Source of the DNA: Nemertoderma westbladi
Taxonomy: Eukaryota; Animalia; Xenacoelomorpha
DNA length: 35,263 nt
Direction of reading: 5' to 3'
Assembly: GCA_032718475.1 (NCBI GenBank)
Contig: JAUCBJ010000526.1
Span: forward strand, 1 to 35,263
Both the position numbers and the translations under genes were made by a program. The stretch's first letter is position 1; each line of letters opens with the position of its first letter. The notes under the pieces were generated by a model, which was not told the DNA's origin, did no database searches, and was given only the letters and a program-made list of their open reading frames with translations. Positions 1 through 9,903 of the stretch are shown here, piece by piece.

Positions 1-330
1 GCATCTACTACGGCATAGGCTATATCTTTTGCAGAGTCACAGAGTAGTCTGAAGTTCCCAGTCTGCCGCTAGAGGGCGAAATGTCTCAAAGTGAAAACCA
101 TATGGTAGCCATGAATTGGTTACTAGGCAATAATACTGCATTTTGCAACGTTGAGCCTATTGCTAACCAAACGAAAACTGCCCTGGTTCATGCAGGGATC
201 GAACCCATGACATACGGGAGATGTGAATTCAACGCAACCACTACACCAAGATGGAACAGTAACCTTTGAATTTGTTCGTTGACGTTCGAATTTGTAAGAC
301 TCTCATTTAAGACCTGACACAGACTATGCC
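1..330. mobile_element. Partial non-autonomous repeat related to the Helentron-like element at 17823-18339
   Basis: Shares (ctg[a/c]agttc)..ccagtctgccgctagagggc and the following atgtct..aaa with 18079-18103 and 18206-18235; ggcataggct near the window start is a 9/10 inverted match to agactatgcc at 321-330. Confidence 0.5.
187..257 (-). other. tRNA-derived (SINE head-like) Pol III promoter sequence
   Basis: Minus strand reads gttccatc-TTGGTGTAGTGG (A box)...GGGTTCGATCCC (B box, 195-206) with tRNA-like spacing; stems are poorly paired, so not a functional tRNA. Confidence 0.6.
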
Positions 331-2233
331 TCACTGAGGCATAGACTATGACTCACTGAGGCACTGAGGCATAGACTATGCCTCACTGAGGCATAGACTA
401 TGCCTCACTGAGGCATAGACTATGACTCACTGAGACATAGACTATGACTCACTGAGGCACTGAGGCATAGACTATGCCTCACTGAGGCCTAGACTATGAC
501 TCACTGAGGCCTAGACTATGACTCACTGAGGCATAGACTATGCCTCACTGAGGCATAGACTATGACTCACTGAGGCATAGACTATGCCTCACTGAGGCAC
601 TGAGGCATAGACTATGCCTCACTGAGGCATAGACTATGCCTCACTGAGGCATAGACTATGACTCACTGAGGCATAGACTATGCCTCACTGAGGCATAGAC
701 TATGCCTCACTGAGGCATAGACTATGACTCACTGAGGCATAGACTATGCCTCACTGAGGCACTGAGGCATAGACTATGACTCACTGAGGCATAGACTATG
801 ACTCACTGAGGTACTGAGGCATAGACTATGCCTCACTGAGGCATAGACTATGACTCACTGAGGTACTGAGGCATAGACTATGCCTCACTGAGGCATAGAC
901 TATGACTCACTGAAGGCATAGACTATGCCTCACTGAGGCATAGACTATGCCTCACTGAGGCATAGACTATGACTCACTGAGGCATAGACTATGCTTCACT
1001 GAGGCATAGACTATGCCTCACTGAGGCATAGACTATGACTCACTGAGGCACTGAGGCATAGACTATACCTCACTGAGGCATAGACTATGCCTCACTGAGG
1101 CATAGACTATGACTCACTGAGGCATAGACTATGCCTCACTGAGGCATAGACTATGACTCACTGAGGCATAGACTATGCCTCACTGAGGCACTGAGGCATA
1201 GACTATGACTCACTGAGGCATAGACTATGCCTCACTGAGGCACTGAGGCATAGACTATGCCTCACTGAGGCATAGACTATGACTCACTGAGGGATAGACT
1301 ATGCCTCACTGAGGCACTGAGGCATAGACTATGCCTCACTGAGGCATAGTCTATGCCTCAGTAAGGCATAGACTATGACTCACTGAGGCATAGACTATGA
1401 CTCACTGAGGCATAGACTATGCCTCACTGCGGCACTGAGGCATAGACTATGCCTCACCGAGGCATAGACTATGCCTCACTGAGGCACTGAGTCATAGACT
1501 ATGACTCACTGAGGCATAGACTATGCCTCACTGAGGCATAGGCTATGCCTTACTGAGGCACTGAGGCATAGACTATGATTCACTGAGGCATAGACTATGC
1601 CTCACTGAGGCACTGAGGCATAGACTATGACTCACTGAGGCATAGACTATGCCTCACTGAGGCATAGACTATGACTCACTGAGGCATAGACTATGACTCA
1701 CTGAGGTACTGAGGCATAGACTATGCCTCACTGAGGCATAGACTATGACTCACTGAGGTACTGAGGCATAGACTATGCCTCACTGAGGCATAGACTATGA
1801 CTCACTGAGGTACTGAGGCATAGACTATGCCTCACTGAGGCATAGACTATGACTCACTGAGGCATAGACTATGCCTCACTGAGGCATAGACTATGACTCA
1901 CTGAGGCATAGACTATGCCTCACTGAGGCATAGACTATGACTCACTGAGGCATAGACTATGCTTCACTGAGGCATAGACTATGCCTCACTGAGGCATAGA
2001 CTATGACTCACTGAGGCACTGAGGCATAGACTATACCTCACTGAGGCATAGACTATGCCTCACTGAGGCATAGACTATGACTCACTGAGGCATAGACTAT
2101 GCCTCACTGAGGCATAGACTATGACTCACTGAGGCATAGACTATGCCTCACTGAGGCATAGACTATGACTCACTGAGGCATAGACTATGCCTCACTGAGG
2201 CACAGAGGCATAGACTATGCCTCACTGCGGCAT
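321..2233. repeat. 22-bp palindromic satellite, about 1.9 kb
   Basis: Unit tgaggcatag-a-ctatgcctca-c (10-bp inverted arms); frequent ctatgactca variant and sporadic 8-bp ctgaggca/ctgaggta insertions. Confidence 0.98.
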
Positions 2234-2509
2234 CTGCGAGGAATGAGCATCCGTTTGTCGCGCGTTTATGTTAACCTGTTGTTTCTTTGTTGTATCGGTG
2301 GACTTTCTTCTATCCATATTATATGGTAGACCAGCAGGCAGCATTGAATTGTTGTGGTTAAGAGGTTGGGCGTTGTTTGGTATAATATTGTTTGAGTTAG
2401 GAGGTTGGGCGTTTTGGGTTAGTTATTTACAATTATTATTTAACCATCCACCTAATAGTGTCATTAAACAGATTTTTCACCAACTACGTGGCTCGCCCCA
2501 CACCTGAAA

Positions 2510-2775
2510 CATTGGAATTAAATTCGCTTCCATTGGAACTAAATTCGCTTGCATTGGAACTAAGTTCGCCTCCATTGGAACTAAATTCACCTCCATTGGA
2601 ACTAAATTCGTTTCTATTGGAACTAAATTCGCATGCATTGGAACTAAATTCGTTTTCATTTTTCTCTAGTTATTGGAACTAAGTTCGCCTAAATTGGAAC
2701 TAAATTCGCCAAAATTGGAACTAAATTCGTTTCCATTGGAACTAAATTCGCATTAGGCTTAAATTGGAACTAAGT
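2510..2775. repeat. 21-bp minisatellite, about 12 copies
   Basis: Core attggaactaa(a/g)ttcg recurs every 21 bp with variable 5-nt linkers; two irregular gaps. Confidence 0.95.
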
Positions 2776-3321
2776 ACGGGGAATCGTTATTTGCTTCATT
2801 TCGATATAAAGACGGCATTGGCAAATTTTTGGCAGAACTTGAAAGTTACAATCCAAACTCTACATTTTTATCTCAAAATAATATATTTAACAATTTGGAG
2901 GCTTGTATTATTTTCAGGCAAAAGTAATATAGATAAGCAGTGATGTACCAGAAAGGATAATAGATAGGCTTTACTTTAAGTGTAAAATGGATCCCCATAA
3001 ACTAGTTTGAAGAATACAGCAACTGTACCTTTACAGTCGAGTATTATACTGATATTATCGATTTTTTCAACATGCAATATTAGATATGCACCCAAATCCA
3101 CCAGAGGCAACTTATGTCGTTAATATAGTTGAAGGACCAGGCCACCTTTCCTCTTTTATAAATCATATTACTTCTCCGTATTGTAAGTGTAGATCACCTT
3201 GCAAAGTTAGAGTTAGAGTTTGAGTCAAAGTTAGTATACACTTCTTGTTTCGGGCAAACAATCAATAATCAATCACCAACAATCAATCAAAGAAAGGGGG
3301 AGTAAATATCGATCGAAATAC

Positions 3322-3700
3322 CTGCTCATCCCAGTATCCATCCGTAGTCACCGGACAGCTGCGGTTTATTCCCGTAGAACAGTAGAATTCCTGCAGCTTC
3401 CGACCCAATTCTACAACGAATTCGCCTCACACTTTCATGTGGCAGAGAACGTAATCCGGTGCGATACACGTCTGTCCGACTTTCAACAATTTCCCCCAGG
3501 CAATCCCAGGATCTGGCTGTCCGGGCCGCAGCTAAACCCAAATCGCAATCCTCGTCAGTTCGTCCAGTCGTCGACGTAAGTCGGACTCTTCCCACCGCAC
3601 TCCAATGTGGGTGGCCTGAGTGAGGCATCAGGAACTTGGCAGTGGCCCGCATTTCGATCCGACCGACTGCCATATTCCCAGTGTAGTAAATAAAATCTTA
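3322..3700 (-). pseudogene. Aldehyde dehydrogenase family 3 (ALDH3-like) pseudo-exon
   Basis: Minus-strand frames piece together YTGNMAVGRIEMRATAKFLMP / TLECGGKSPTYVDD / DEDCDLGLAAAR / IAWGKLLKVGQTCIAPDYVLCHMKV*GEFVVELGRKLQEFY / FYGNKPQLSGDYGWI, matching the ALDH3 LELGGKSP and GQTC catalytic motifs; several frameshifts and stops; splice donor CAG|GTATTT at 3322/3321. Confidence 0.9.
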
Positions 3701-3924
3701 CTGACAAGCAAGCAATTCCGTAGTATTTATTCCTCAGTTAACCGCATCTTGATGCCACTCGGCTGCTCGTGTCCAGATACATCGGACTGTCGGAAGCTGT
3801 TTAGATGAAGAAGTTGTTTAGATGGCTTTGCCAACGACCAACGACCTGAAGACGGTACCGGTAACTCTGCAGCTCTGTACCACTGTAACAGTTAACAGTA
3901 CCGGTACCGTACTGTAATCCTGTA

Positions 3925-3937
3925 GTCTCCTAGCAAC
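3925..3937. promoter_or_regulatory. RFX X-box-like motif
   Basis: gtctcctagcaac resembles the RFX palindrome; no target gene assigned. Confidence 0.3.
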
Positions 3938-4009
3938 CAGCTGATGCCAAGCCTAATAATTTTTGGGTAGATTAATTTAATATAACTGTAAAACAGTTAC
4001 ACAGATGCA

Positions 4010-4225
4010 GCACGAAGACCCCACACAAATTCAACTTGGAAAATTTCTAAACTCTTGCCAGACTCAATATGTACCAAGTTTGGATATATTTTATCGAGAT
4101 TTGGCTGAGTTATTAACGTTTAAAATTGGACACAACAGAACAACAGATCGACAGAACAACAGACACACCGATTGAGTTAGTGGTACCTGTATGCTAAGCT
4201 CGCTTACTTTCGTCGCTCGCCCCAC
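4010..4225 (-). mobile_element. Decayed Helentron/DINE-like repeat fragment
   Basis: Minus strand has gcgagc..gcgagc, then tctgtt-type microsatellite, then aataact...aaacttggtaca, an arrangement resembling 17905-18020. Confidence 0.35.
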
Positions 4226-4697
4226 ATAAGCATCGTATTATACGAATAAAGATGGCCATTATAAAAACCTTTGCATCTGAATTTTATATATGTTGTAGAG
4301 TTTGTCGAGCTTGTTCGAATGAGCTATCGATGGTCACAATTGGCGCACTGGTTCAAAAGTTTTGTCCACTCAAAGTTTTTAATATATTGTTTTCACTTTT
4401 CGTGGCCGGGACCATGTACGTTACCTACAAACTAAGTGTTCTTTGTAAATCAATATTGTTATAATTTATTATTATAACAAGTCAATATTTGTACAAAACG
4501 CCTACATTAATATATGTATGTATGTAGTAGTAAGTGGAGCGGGTTGTGAATACTGGCGGTAAGATAATTTCTAAAGCAAATTGTAAGTAATTGTAATTGT
4601 GAGTGGAACAAAATTCGTACTGTAGGAACAAAATGTTGCATCTTTTTGCATTGCAGATTGCACGGCAGAGCTGTTTATAATTTATTTATTATTACAG

Positions 4698-4727
4698 GCA
4701 AATGATGGACAATGTGGAGCCATTAAT
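4698..4727 (+). CDS. Possible 30-nt micro-exon (ANDGQCGAIN), perhaps of FReD gene 1
   Basis: ttattacag acceptor and gtaagt donor; phase-0 open frame compatible with the acceptor at 5659. Confidence 0.35.
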
Positions 4728-5134
4728 GTAAGTGTATTATTTATATTAAATTATTATTATTATTTTTTATCCACAGAATTGAATCGCAAACTTTCAACAT
4801 TAAACTCAGATTCACCTGTAATGATTGGATTGGAAGGATAAAGTAGTGAACAATGTAAACAATGTACAATCAATAATATTATTCTTCCCAATAAATATGA
4901 TCTGAACAAAAGGCTTATTTTCTTATCGTTACAAAGATTTTTATATAAAGCAGACATCACTACTTTTCCTACCCCACATAAAGGCGGCACAGTTTCATTT
5001 TCAAATTTGTAACTCTTTCTCATTTGACCTCATGTGCGGCACACCGACGCCTTTCATTTGTAACTAAAGATGTAATATTATGGTTTTGTTCAGAGATGGA
5101 AAAAACGAGAAAGCGCGTCACCGGAGGTTGAACC

Positions 5135-5180
5135 AGTGCTATACGTACGTTTCAGCCTATAAGGCCTCATCAGTAGCGCT
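5135..5180 (-). ncRNA. Minimal type I hammerhead ribozyme
   Basis: Minus strand: agcgcta CTGATGA g gcct tat aggc t GAAA cgtacg TA tagcact; stem I 6/7 paired, stem II 5 bp, palindromic stem III, GUA cleavage triplet. Confidence 0.85.
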
Positions 5181-5391
5181 AACCAGTTCAGCCACTTGTC
5201 CCTGACATTCACTAAACCACCTAATCCACTTCTAATGAACTACTGCTTCTTCTTTCCTCCTGTTTCACTCTAACATAGTTGAGGCAGGTAGGTCCGCAGT
5301 TAGAGATAGGATATGCAACTTAAGACTGCCTGTTCAATAGAAGTGGGTTAGGTGGCACAGTGAATGTCAGAGACAAGAGGGTGAACTGGTT

Positions 5392-5437
5392 AGAGCTACT
5401 GATGAGGCCTGATAGGCTGAAACGTACGTATAGCGCT
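5392..5437 (+). ncRNA. Minimal type I hammerhead ribozyme
   Basis: agagcta CTGATGA(5399-5405) g gcct gat aggc t GAAA(5419-5422) cgtacg TA tagcgct; predicted cleavage after A5430. Confidence 0.85.
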
Positions 5438-5759
5438 GGTTCAACCCCCGGTGACGCGCTTTCTCATTTTTTCCATTTCTGAACAAAACCATAATATTAC
5501 ATCTTTAATTACAGTTGCATTAACAGCTCAACTCCAATTTATTTATTTGTAACATAATTATTTGCTAAATTTAATTTGATGCGATTTCATGGATGTTCTA
5601 AATGTGACTTTTAAGTTGAGTTAAATTTATTAAAATTTATAAAACTATTTTCTAACAGGTTACAGAGTTGGAAGAACAGAATATTCCAGAGATTAAAACT
5701 AAAATAGTTTCTAATAAATAGATAAATAATCTCAAGTTACGCAATAATTATAGTTTTAG

Positions 5760-6521
5760 GATAATGACCAAGAAGAAGTAGCTCTGGCTGCCGCCCAAAC
5801 CGGCCAAAATATGTTAAACAAAAGAAAAGGCAATCCGGATCATGTTCAGGGCTGGGAGAAGATTCAACAAAGAGTTGATGGATTTGTTGACTTCTATCGA
5901 AACTGGGATGAATATGTTGAAGGATTTGGCGACCCGAATACCAATTTTTGGTTGGGGTTGGAGACGATCCACAAGCTGAGTTACGGCGGGGTGAAGTTGA
6001 GGGTCGATTTATGGTTCACTGGAAGGGGGTTTAAATATACCAATAATGAGGATCCCATTAATGCCAAGCAGTGGAAGAATTACAACAACGAACACAAATA
6101 CGCGGAATACAAGAACTTCAATATCGGATCAGCTGCAACTAATTACACCCTACATATATCCGGTTACCATGGTACTGCTGGTGACGCATTGGAGTTGATC
6201 AACAGGCATCCATTCTCTACCAAGGACCGCGATAATGATTGGTGGGACTCCGGCAACTGCGCCGTAGATAATACTGGGTCGTGGTGGTACAAGGAGTGCG
6301 CGTACAGTAACTTGAACGGAGAATATGGGATGGAATATGATATGAATATGAATATAATACGGAATAAAGGACCATATTGGTTTCATTTTACTGGAAGGAA
6401 TCCGGCTTCTCGAGTTGAAATGAAGATCCTTTGGAATGAAGTCCTTTTTCAGGCTCGTACTAACGCCGGTCGTGGAACCCACTCCAGGAAGGCAGTCCTC
6501 GTCGAACCCTTCCTTCGTTAG
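5760..6521 (+). CDS. Fibrinogen-related domain protein (FReD/ficolin/angiopoietin-like), copy 1
   Basis: IQQRVDGFVDFYRNWDEYVEGFG, FWLGLETIH, FSTKDRDND, C..GSWWY..C..SNLNG and EMKI motifs; frame is open from a ttttag acceptor at 5760. The coiled-coil-like segment from acceptor 5659 is out of frame and has a stop, so functionality is uncertain. Confidence 0.85.
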   Translation, partial: DNDQEEVALAAAQTGQNMLNKRKGNPDHVQGWEKIQQRVDGFVDFYRNWDEYVEGFGDPNTNFWLGLETIHKLSYGGVKLRVDLWFTGRGFKYTNNEDPINAKQWKNYNNEHKYAEYKNFNIGSAATNYTLHISGYHGTAGDALELINRHPFSTKDRDNDWWDSGNCAVDNTGSWWYKECAYSNLNGEYGMEYDMNMNIIRNKGPYWFHFTGRNPASRVEMKILWNEVLFQARTNAGRGTHSRKAVLVEPFLR

Positions 6522-7432
6522 TCGTTCGAGCCTTTCGCGTGTCCGTCCCACCCTTTCCTCACCCCGAAGGGATCGGCCAGGAACCAGTACGGCTTGGCTA
6601 TGGGTCTGTCGTCAGTTCCCGTCGCAAATCCCTGACACAAGCAGCAGACTTTCCGATGTCCTTTTCAGGCTCGTAATAACTGCTGTTGGCCAGGGACCGC
6701 TAAGGGCACTCCTTGCCCTTTATACCTAGCGGGTTACCAAATCCACCTCTACAGACAGCAGGAAGTTGGCTAGGCCTGCTTAACTTTTCCTCCCACCCCT
6801 GGCCCTTAAATACATGAAATGAGTCCCGTACCCCGTAAGTCGCCCCAATATTCGCCCATAAATCGCCCCCAGTCCATTGAGTGTGCCCAAAACCTATGTT
6901 CCCGCACCCAGTAGTGATATCGGAATAATCATTTTAAATAAATCCAAAAAATATTCAACTCGCGTTAGGAAAAGTTGAAATACCGCGAACACAATGAGTT
7001 ATAGAAGAGATACTGTACCTTGGTCTACAGTTTGTATATGATTCATTAAACACAACTGCTATATGTTACCACTTTATATGTTATGATTATTGGTTTATGT
7101 TTGGTTAATATTTACAATATATTAATAAATTATAGTTGCAATAACTTAACTTTATTTACTTAACTTGCTGTTCGACCAGGAGGGGCCGGTTGCATATAAA
7201 TCAACCTTAGCTAAGGTGCACCTTAACTCATAAGTGTTGCCTTAAATACTTCAACTCCCATATCAGTTGTTGTCTGCCTAATATTACCTAATATCTCTTA
7301 TAGAAACATTTTGAGAACGTCGGAGGAGTTCCGAGAGCAAAATTTACACTTATCAAAATCAGCTGATATAATTAAACTAATCAATTGGTAATTAAAATTC
7401 TTTATTACCTAATAATATACAAATAAATCCTA

Positions 7433-8152
7433 TTATATTTTAACGCCTCTGTTTGAATATCGCCAGTTATTGGGTTTCTGGAACGGTTCCTGTGCCAAAG
7501 CGAGGGAGCGAAGAGGAGTCCTAAATAAACCGGAATCAGGAGCTGTCATACAAACCCGGATATATTCCGAGCGATCAGTCGCCCTGACTACGGGGTTCGG
7601 GTAGACTCGGGGGAAGCGGGAGTGGGGTCGGAATGATTCCGAGGTGGCGGCCCGGAATACAGGAGGTATATCAAGCGATATCCCCGCGGTAGTATCCGGG
7701 GTTACAGACGAGTCTCGGTTGAAATTCCTCCGGTAAACCGACGTGTAGGGCCGGGTACCTCGCCCAGCTGTGTCACTCACCCACTCGATGTGGTTCGCAG
7801 ACAGATGCTGCCGCTTATCTCCGTAGGATTTAAACTTTCCAAACTTCTCGTCGAAATAAACCCCGTAGTCGCGCGTCTGGTGTCGGTTGTCGTGGAAAGA
7901 AAAAGGGTTTCCAGTTTTATATTTTCGCCTCGATTTGTTTAGGAAATCCGGCGGTATTCTGTAGGTAGAAGCGTCATATCTTTGCGAAAGTTCTAGAACA
8001 TTATTGTTGCCAGAGTGTCGGTAGATATCTGTCATCATTTCCCCTGCAGTCGTGTTCTCTCGGATTGCCAATGGTGGCGCCTCGTTTCTATGGTAATACC
8101 ACGTGTGGTCTATTGGTAACCATGGCGACCAAGGTTGGCTAGCTTTCGGCAT
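7433..8152 (-). CDS. TEX36: HDNR-domain protein, testis-expressed protein 36-like
   Basis: Intact 239-aa ORF with NPFSFHDNRH, SVYRRNF, RFPRVY and C-terminal TPLRSLALAQEPF..PNNWRYS; a 5'UTR splice acceptor (ttattacag) lies about 27 nt upstream of the ATG. Confidence 0.8.
   Translation of the reverse strand: MPKASQPWSPWLPIDHTWYYHRNEAPPLAIRENTTAGEMMTDIYRHSGNNNVLELSQRYDASTYRIPPDFLNKSRRKYKTGNPFSFHDNRHQTRDYGVYFDEKFGKFKSYGDKRQHLSANHIEWVSDTAGRGTRPYTSVYRRNFNRDSSVTPDTTAGISLDIPPVFRAATSESFRPHSRFPRVYPNPVVRATDRSEYIRVCMTAPDSGLFRTPLRSLALAQEPFQKPNNWRYSNRGVKI
8116..8129. promoter_or_regulatory. RFX X-box-like motif inside the TEX36-like CDS
   Basis: gtaaccatggcgac is close to the RFX palindrome GTTRCCATGGYAAC. 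Confidence 0.4.
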
Positions 8153-8455
8153 ACTCAGAGAAAATAGTTCGTCGAATTACTGTAATAATGAAGAAACATT
8201 TTATTTCATTCTACATCTAACACTAGCAAATTTATATAAAGATTTATATAAATATTCCCACTCGAGGTAAGAGCCGTACATAAAAATATACAACATAAAA
8301 AAACCGGTTTTTAATAACGATAATTTTGATTAAATTTGAAAATAATTACAAAAAATAAACAAATCCACAAACATGCTAATATTAATACAACCAACCCGAG
8401 AATAAGTCGGCCGTTAATTAGATTGGCATTAACGGTGTATTGATTACCCCTCCGT

Positions 8456-8468
8456 GTTGCCAAGCAAT
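8456..8468. promoter_or_regulatory. RFX X-box-like motif upstream of the TEX36-like gene
   Basis: gttgccaagcaat about 300 bp upstream of the ATG. Confidence 0.35.
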
Positions 8469-8571
8469 AATTCTCTCAAGGTAGTAGATGTTGCCATTCG
8501 CTACTCCATTGCGGTACATTATTTGATTGGAGTTGCATTTAGTGTAGGATAAACAACCATATTATACATTT

Positions 8572-8637
8572 GGGGGGGGGGGTAAATTAGCGCCAACGTC
8601 TCCGTACTGTAGGGGGGGGGGGGGGGGGGGGGGGGGG
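8572..8637. repeat. Poly-G tracts (G11 and G26)
   Basis: Direct reading; similar tracts at about 22146-22157 and 22300-22318. Confidence 0.9.
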
Positions 8638-8747
8638 TTATAAAGCACACGCTACCCAATAGCGACACGTATTGATATTGACACGTATTTTAGTGACACG
8701 TATTGAAATTAATATTACTCTATTACGTGAATTATATCAAATTTTGT

Positions 8748-9247
8748 TGTAATGGACAATTATTAATCTAATATTAGTGTTGAACTTTGGTGAGAGGGAA
8801 AATCAAAGTAAGAGAGTTCTAGCATTATTCATTCAATAATTGCAGTACTGTATGACTGTGTGGGACTGGTGGAACTACAGTCCAGCAGTCTGACAGTGTC
8901 AGACACACATAAAATACCGGACTACTGAAATACGAAAAATCTATCTATCTGTCTGTTGAAATATAATTATATTATTATAATATTATAATCGAAGCTGTTT
9001 GTAAGATTCAGTATTAAACTGTTAATAAAAACTATTACAATTATTGGTGACCCAGACGACGGACTGTCGGAGCAATTCCAATATTCGCGAAGCCCAACCA
9101 AACCAAATCATGCCTGTAGACTTACACAACCTCAACAAGAGCACCCTGGAGAACATCCTACAAATCCTGCATGACGGCGATCCAAACTTCACTGGAATGC
9201 CAGGAACAAAAGCCGATATTATTGACGCGCTGAAAGCGGAAAACTAA
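8748..9247 (+). mobile_element. Truncated LTR retrotransposon: 5' LTR, PBS and gag start
   Basis: LTR 8748-9039 bounded by tgtaat...attaca with AATAAA at 9024; tggtgacccagacg at 9045-9058 matches the tRNA-Trp PBS (TGGTGACCCCGACG) 13/14; a short ORF MPVDLHNL... follows. Confidence 0.7.
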
Positions 9248-9323
9248 ATTTAACTTCATACGACTTCATAGATATTGTAAACGAGTTGAATTAATAAAAA
9301 ATTATAATAATATTTCCTAACAG

Positions 9324-9903
9324 GTTACAAAGCTGAAAGAACAGAATTCAGAGTTGAAAGAAAATATTAATGGGTTGAGTGACCAAGTAAACAATATAAA
9401 TACAAACCGAATTAACCAAGTCGATGTAAATACAAACCTATCTGTCCAAGTCTATGTAAATAATGAGCTTAAAGAACAATGTTAGTTTTTTAACCAAAAT
9501 CTTGTTTGGAGGGGAGATAAAGATTCAACAAAGAGTTAATGGATCTGTTGACTTTTACCGCACCTTGAACGAATACGTTAATGGATTTGGCGACCCGAAT
9601 ACCAACTTTTGGTTGGGGTTGGAGACGATCCACAAGCTGAGTGAAGGCGGGGTGAAGTTGAGAGTCGATTTGTGGTTCACTGGTGAGGGATATAAAGGTG
9701 ATGGCGATAATATATGGGAGTCGGTGGATTACAACAACGAACACGAATATGCGGAATACATCAACTTCTCTATCGGATCAGCTGCAACTAATTGTCGCCT
9801 ACATTTATCCGGTTACCATGGTACTGCTGGTGACTCATTGGAGTATCACAACGAGTCTCCATTCTCTACCAAGGACCGCGAGAATGATGCTTATGGGACG
9901 CCA
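9324..9903 (+). pseudogene. FReD paralogue, copy 2, frameshifted and truncated
   Basis: Same ctaacag|GTTACA acceptor as copy 1; coiled-coil-like VTKLKEQNSELKEN.., +1 frameshift near 9470, then FBG motifs closely similar to copy 1 ending at FSTKDRENDAY where an antisense LINE begins. Confidence 0.85.

Larger units (their letters stand above)
5059..5513. mobile_element. Inverted pair of Penelope-like pseudo-LTRs
   Basis: Imperfect inverted arms 5059-5240 and 5332-5513 (182 bp each) with a 91-bp spacer; each arm carries a minimal hammerhead of the type known from Penelope-like elements. Confidence 0.7.

Noticed and set aside
187-257. Functional tRNA gene
   Set aside because: Acceptor and anticodon stems do not pair properly; embedded in a repeat.
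321-2775. CRISPR-like arrays (22-bp and 21-bp repeats)
   Set aside because: No unique spacers, no cas genes, eukaryotic context.
3623-3637. 14/15 match of an ALDH insertion (atgcctcactcaggc, minus strand) to the satellite unit
   Set aside because: Short, and explicable as a local fold-back or chance.
3326-3673. Novel 115-aa protein
   Set aside because: Mosaic of frames of a decayed ALDH3 exon.
4760-5023. 87-aa ORF beside the hammerhead repeat as a Penelope RT remnant
   Set aside because: No recognisable RT or GIY-YIG motif.
7182-7240. Harbinger-like TIR ggggccggttgcat
   Set aside because: No partner TIR or TSD found.
8572-8637. Functional G-quadruplex
   Set aside because: Homopolymer length is error-prone and there is no evidence of function.
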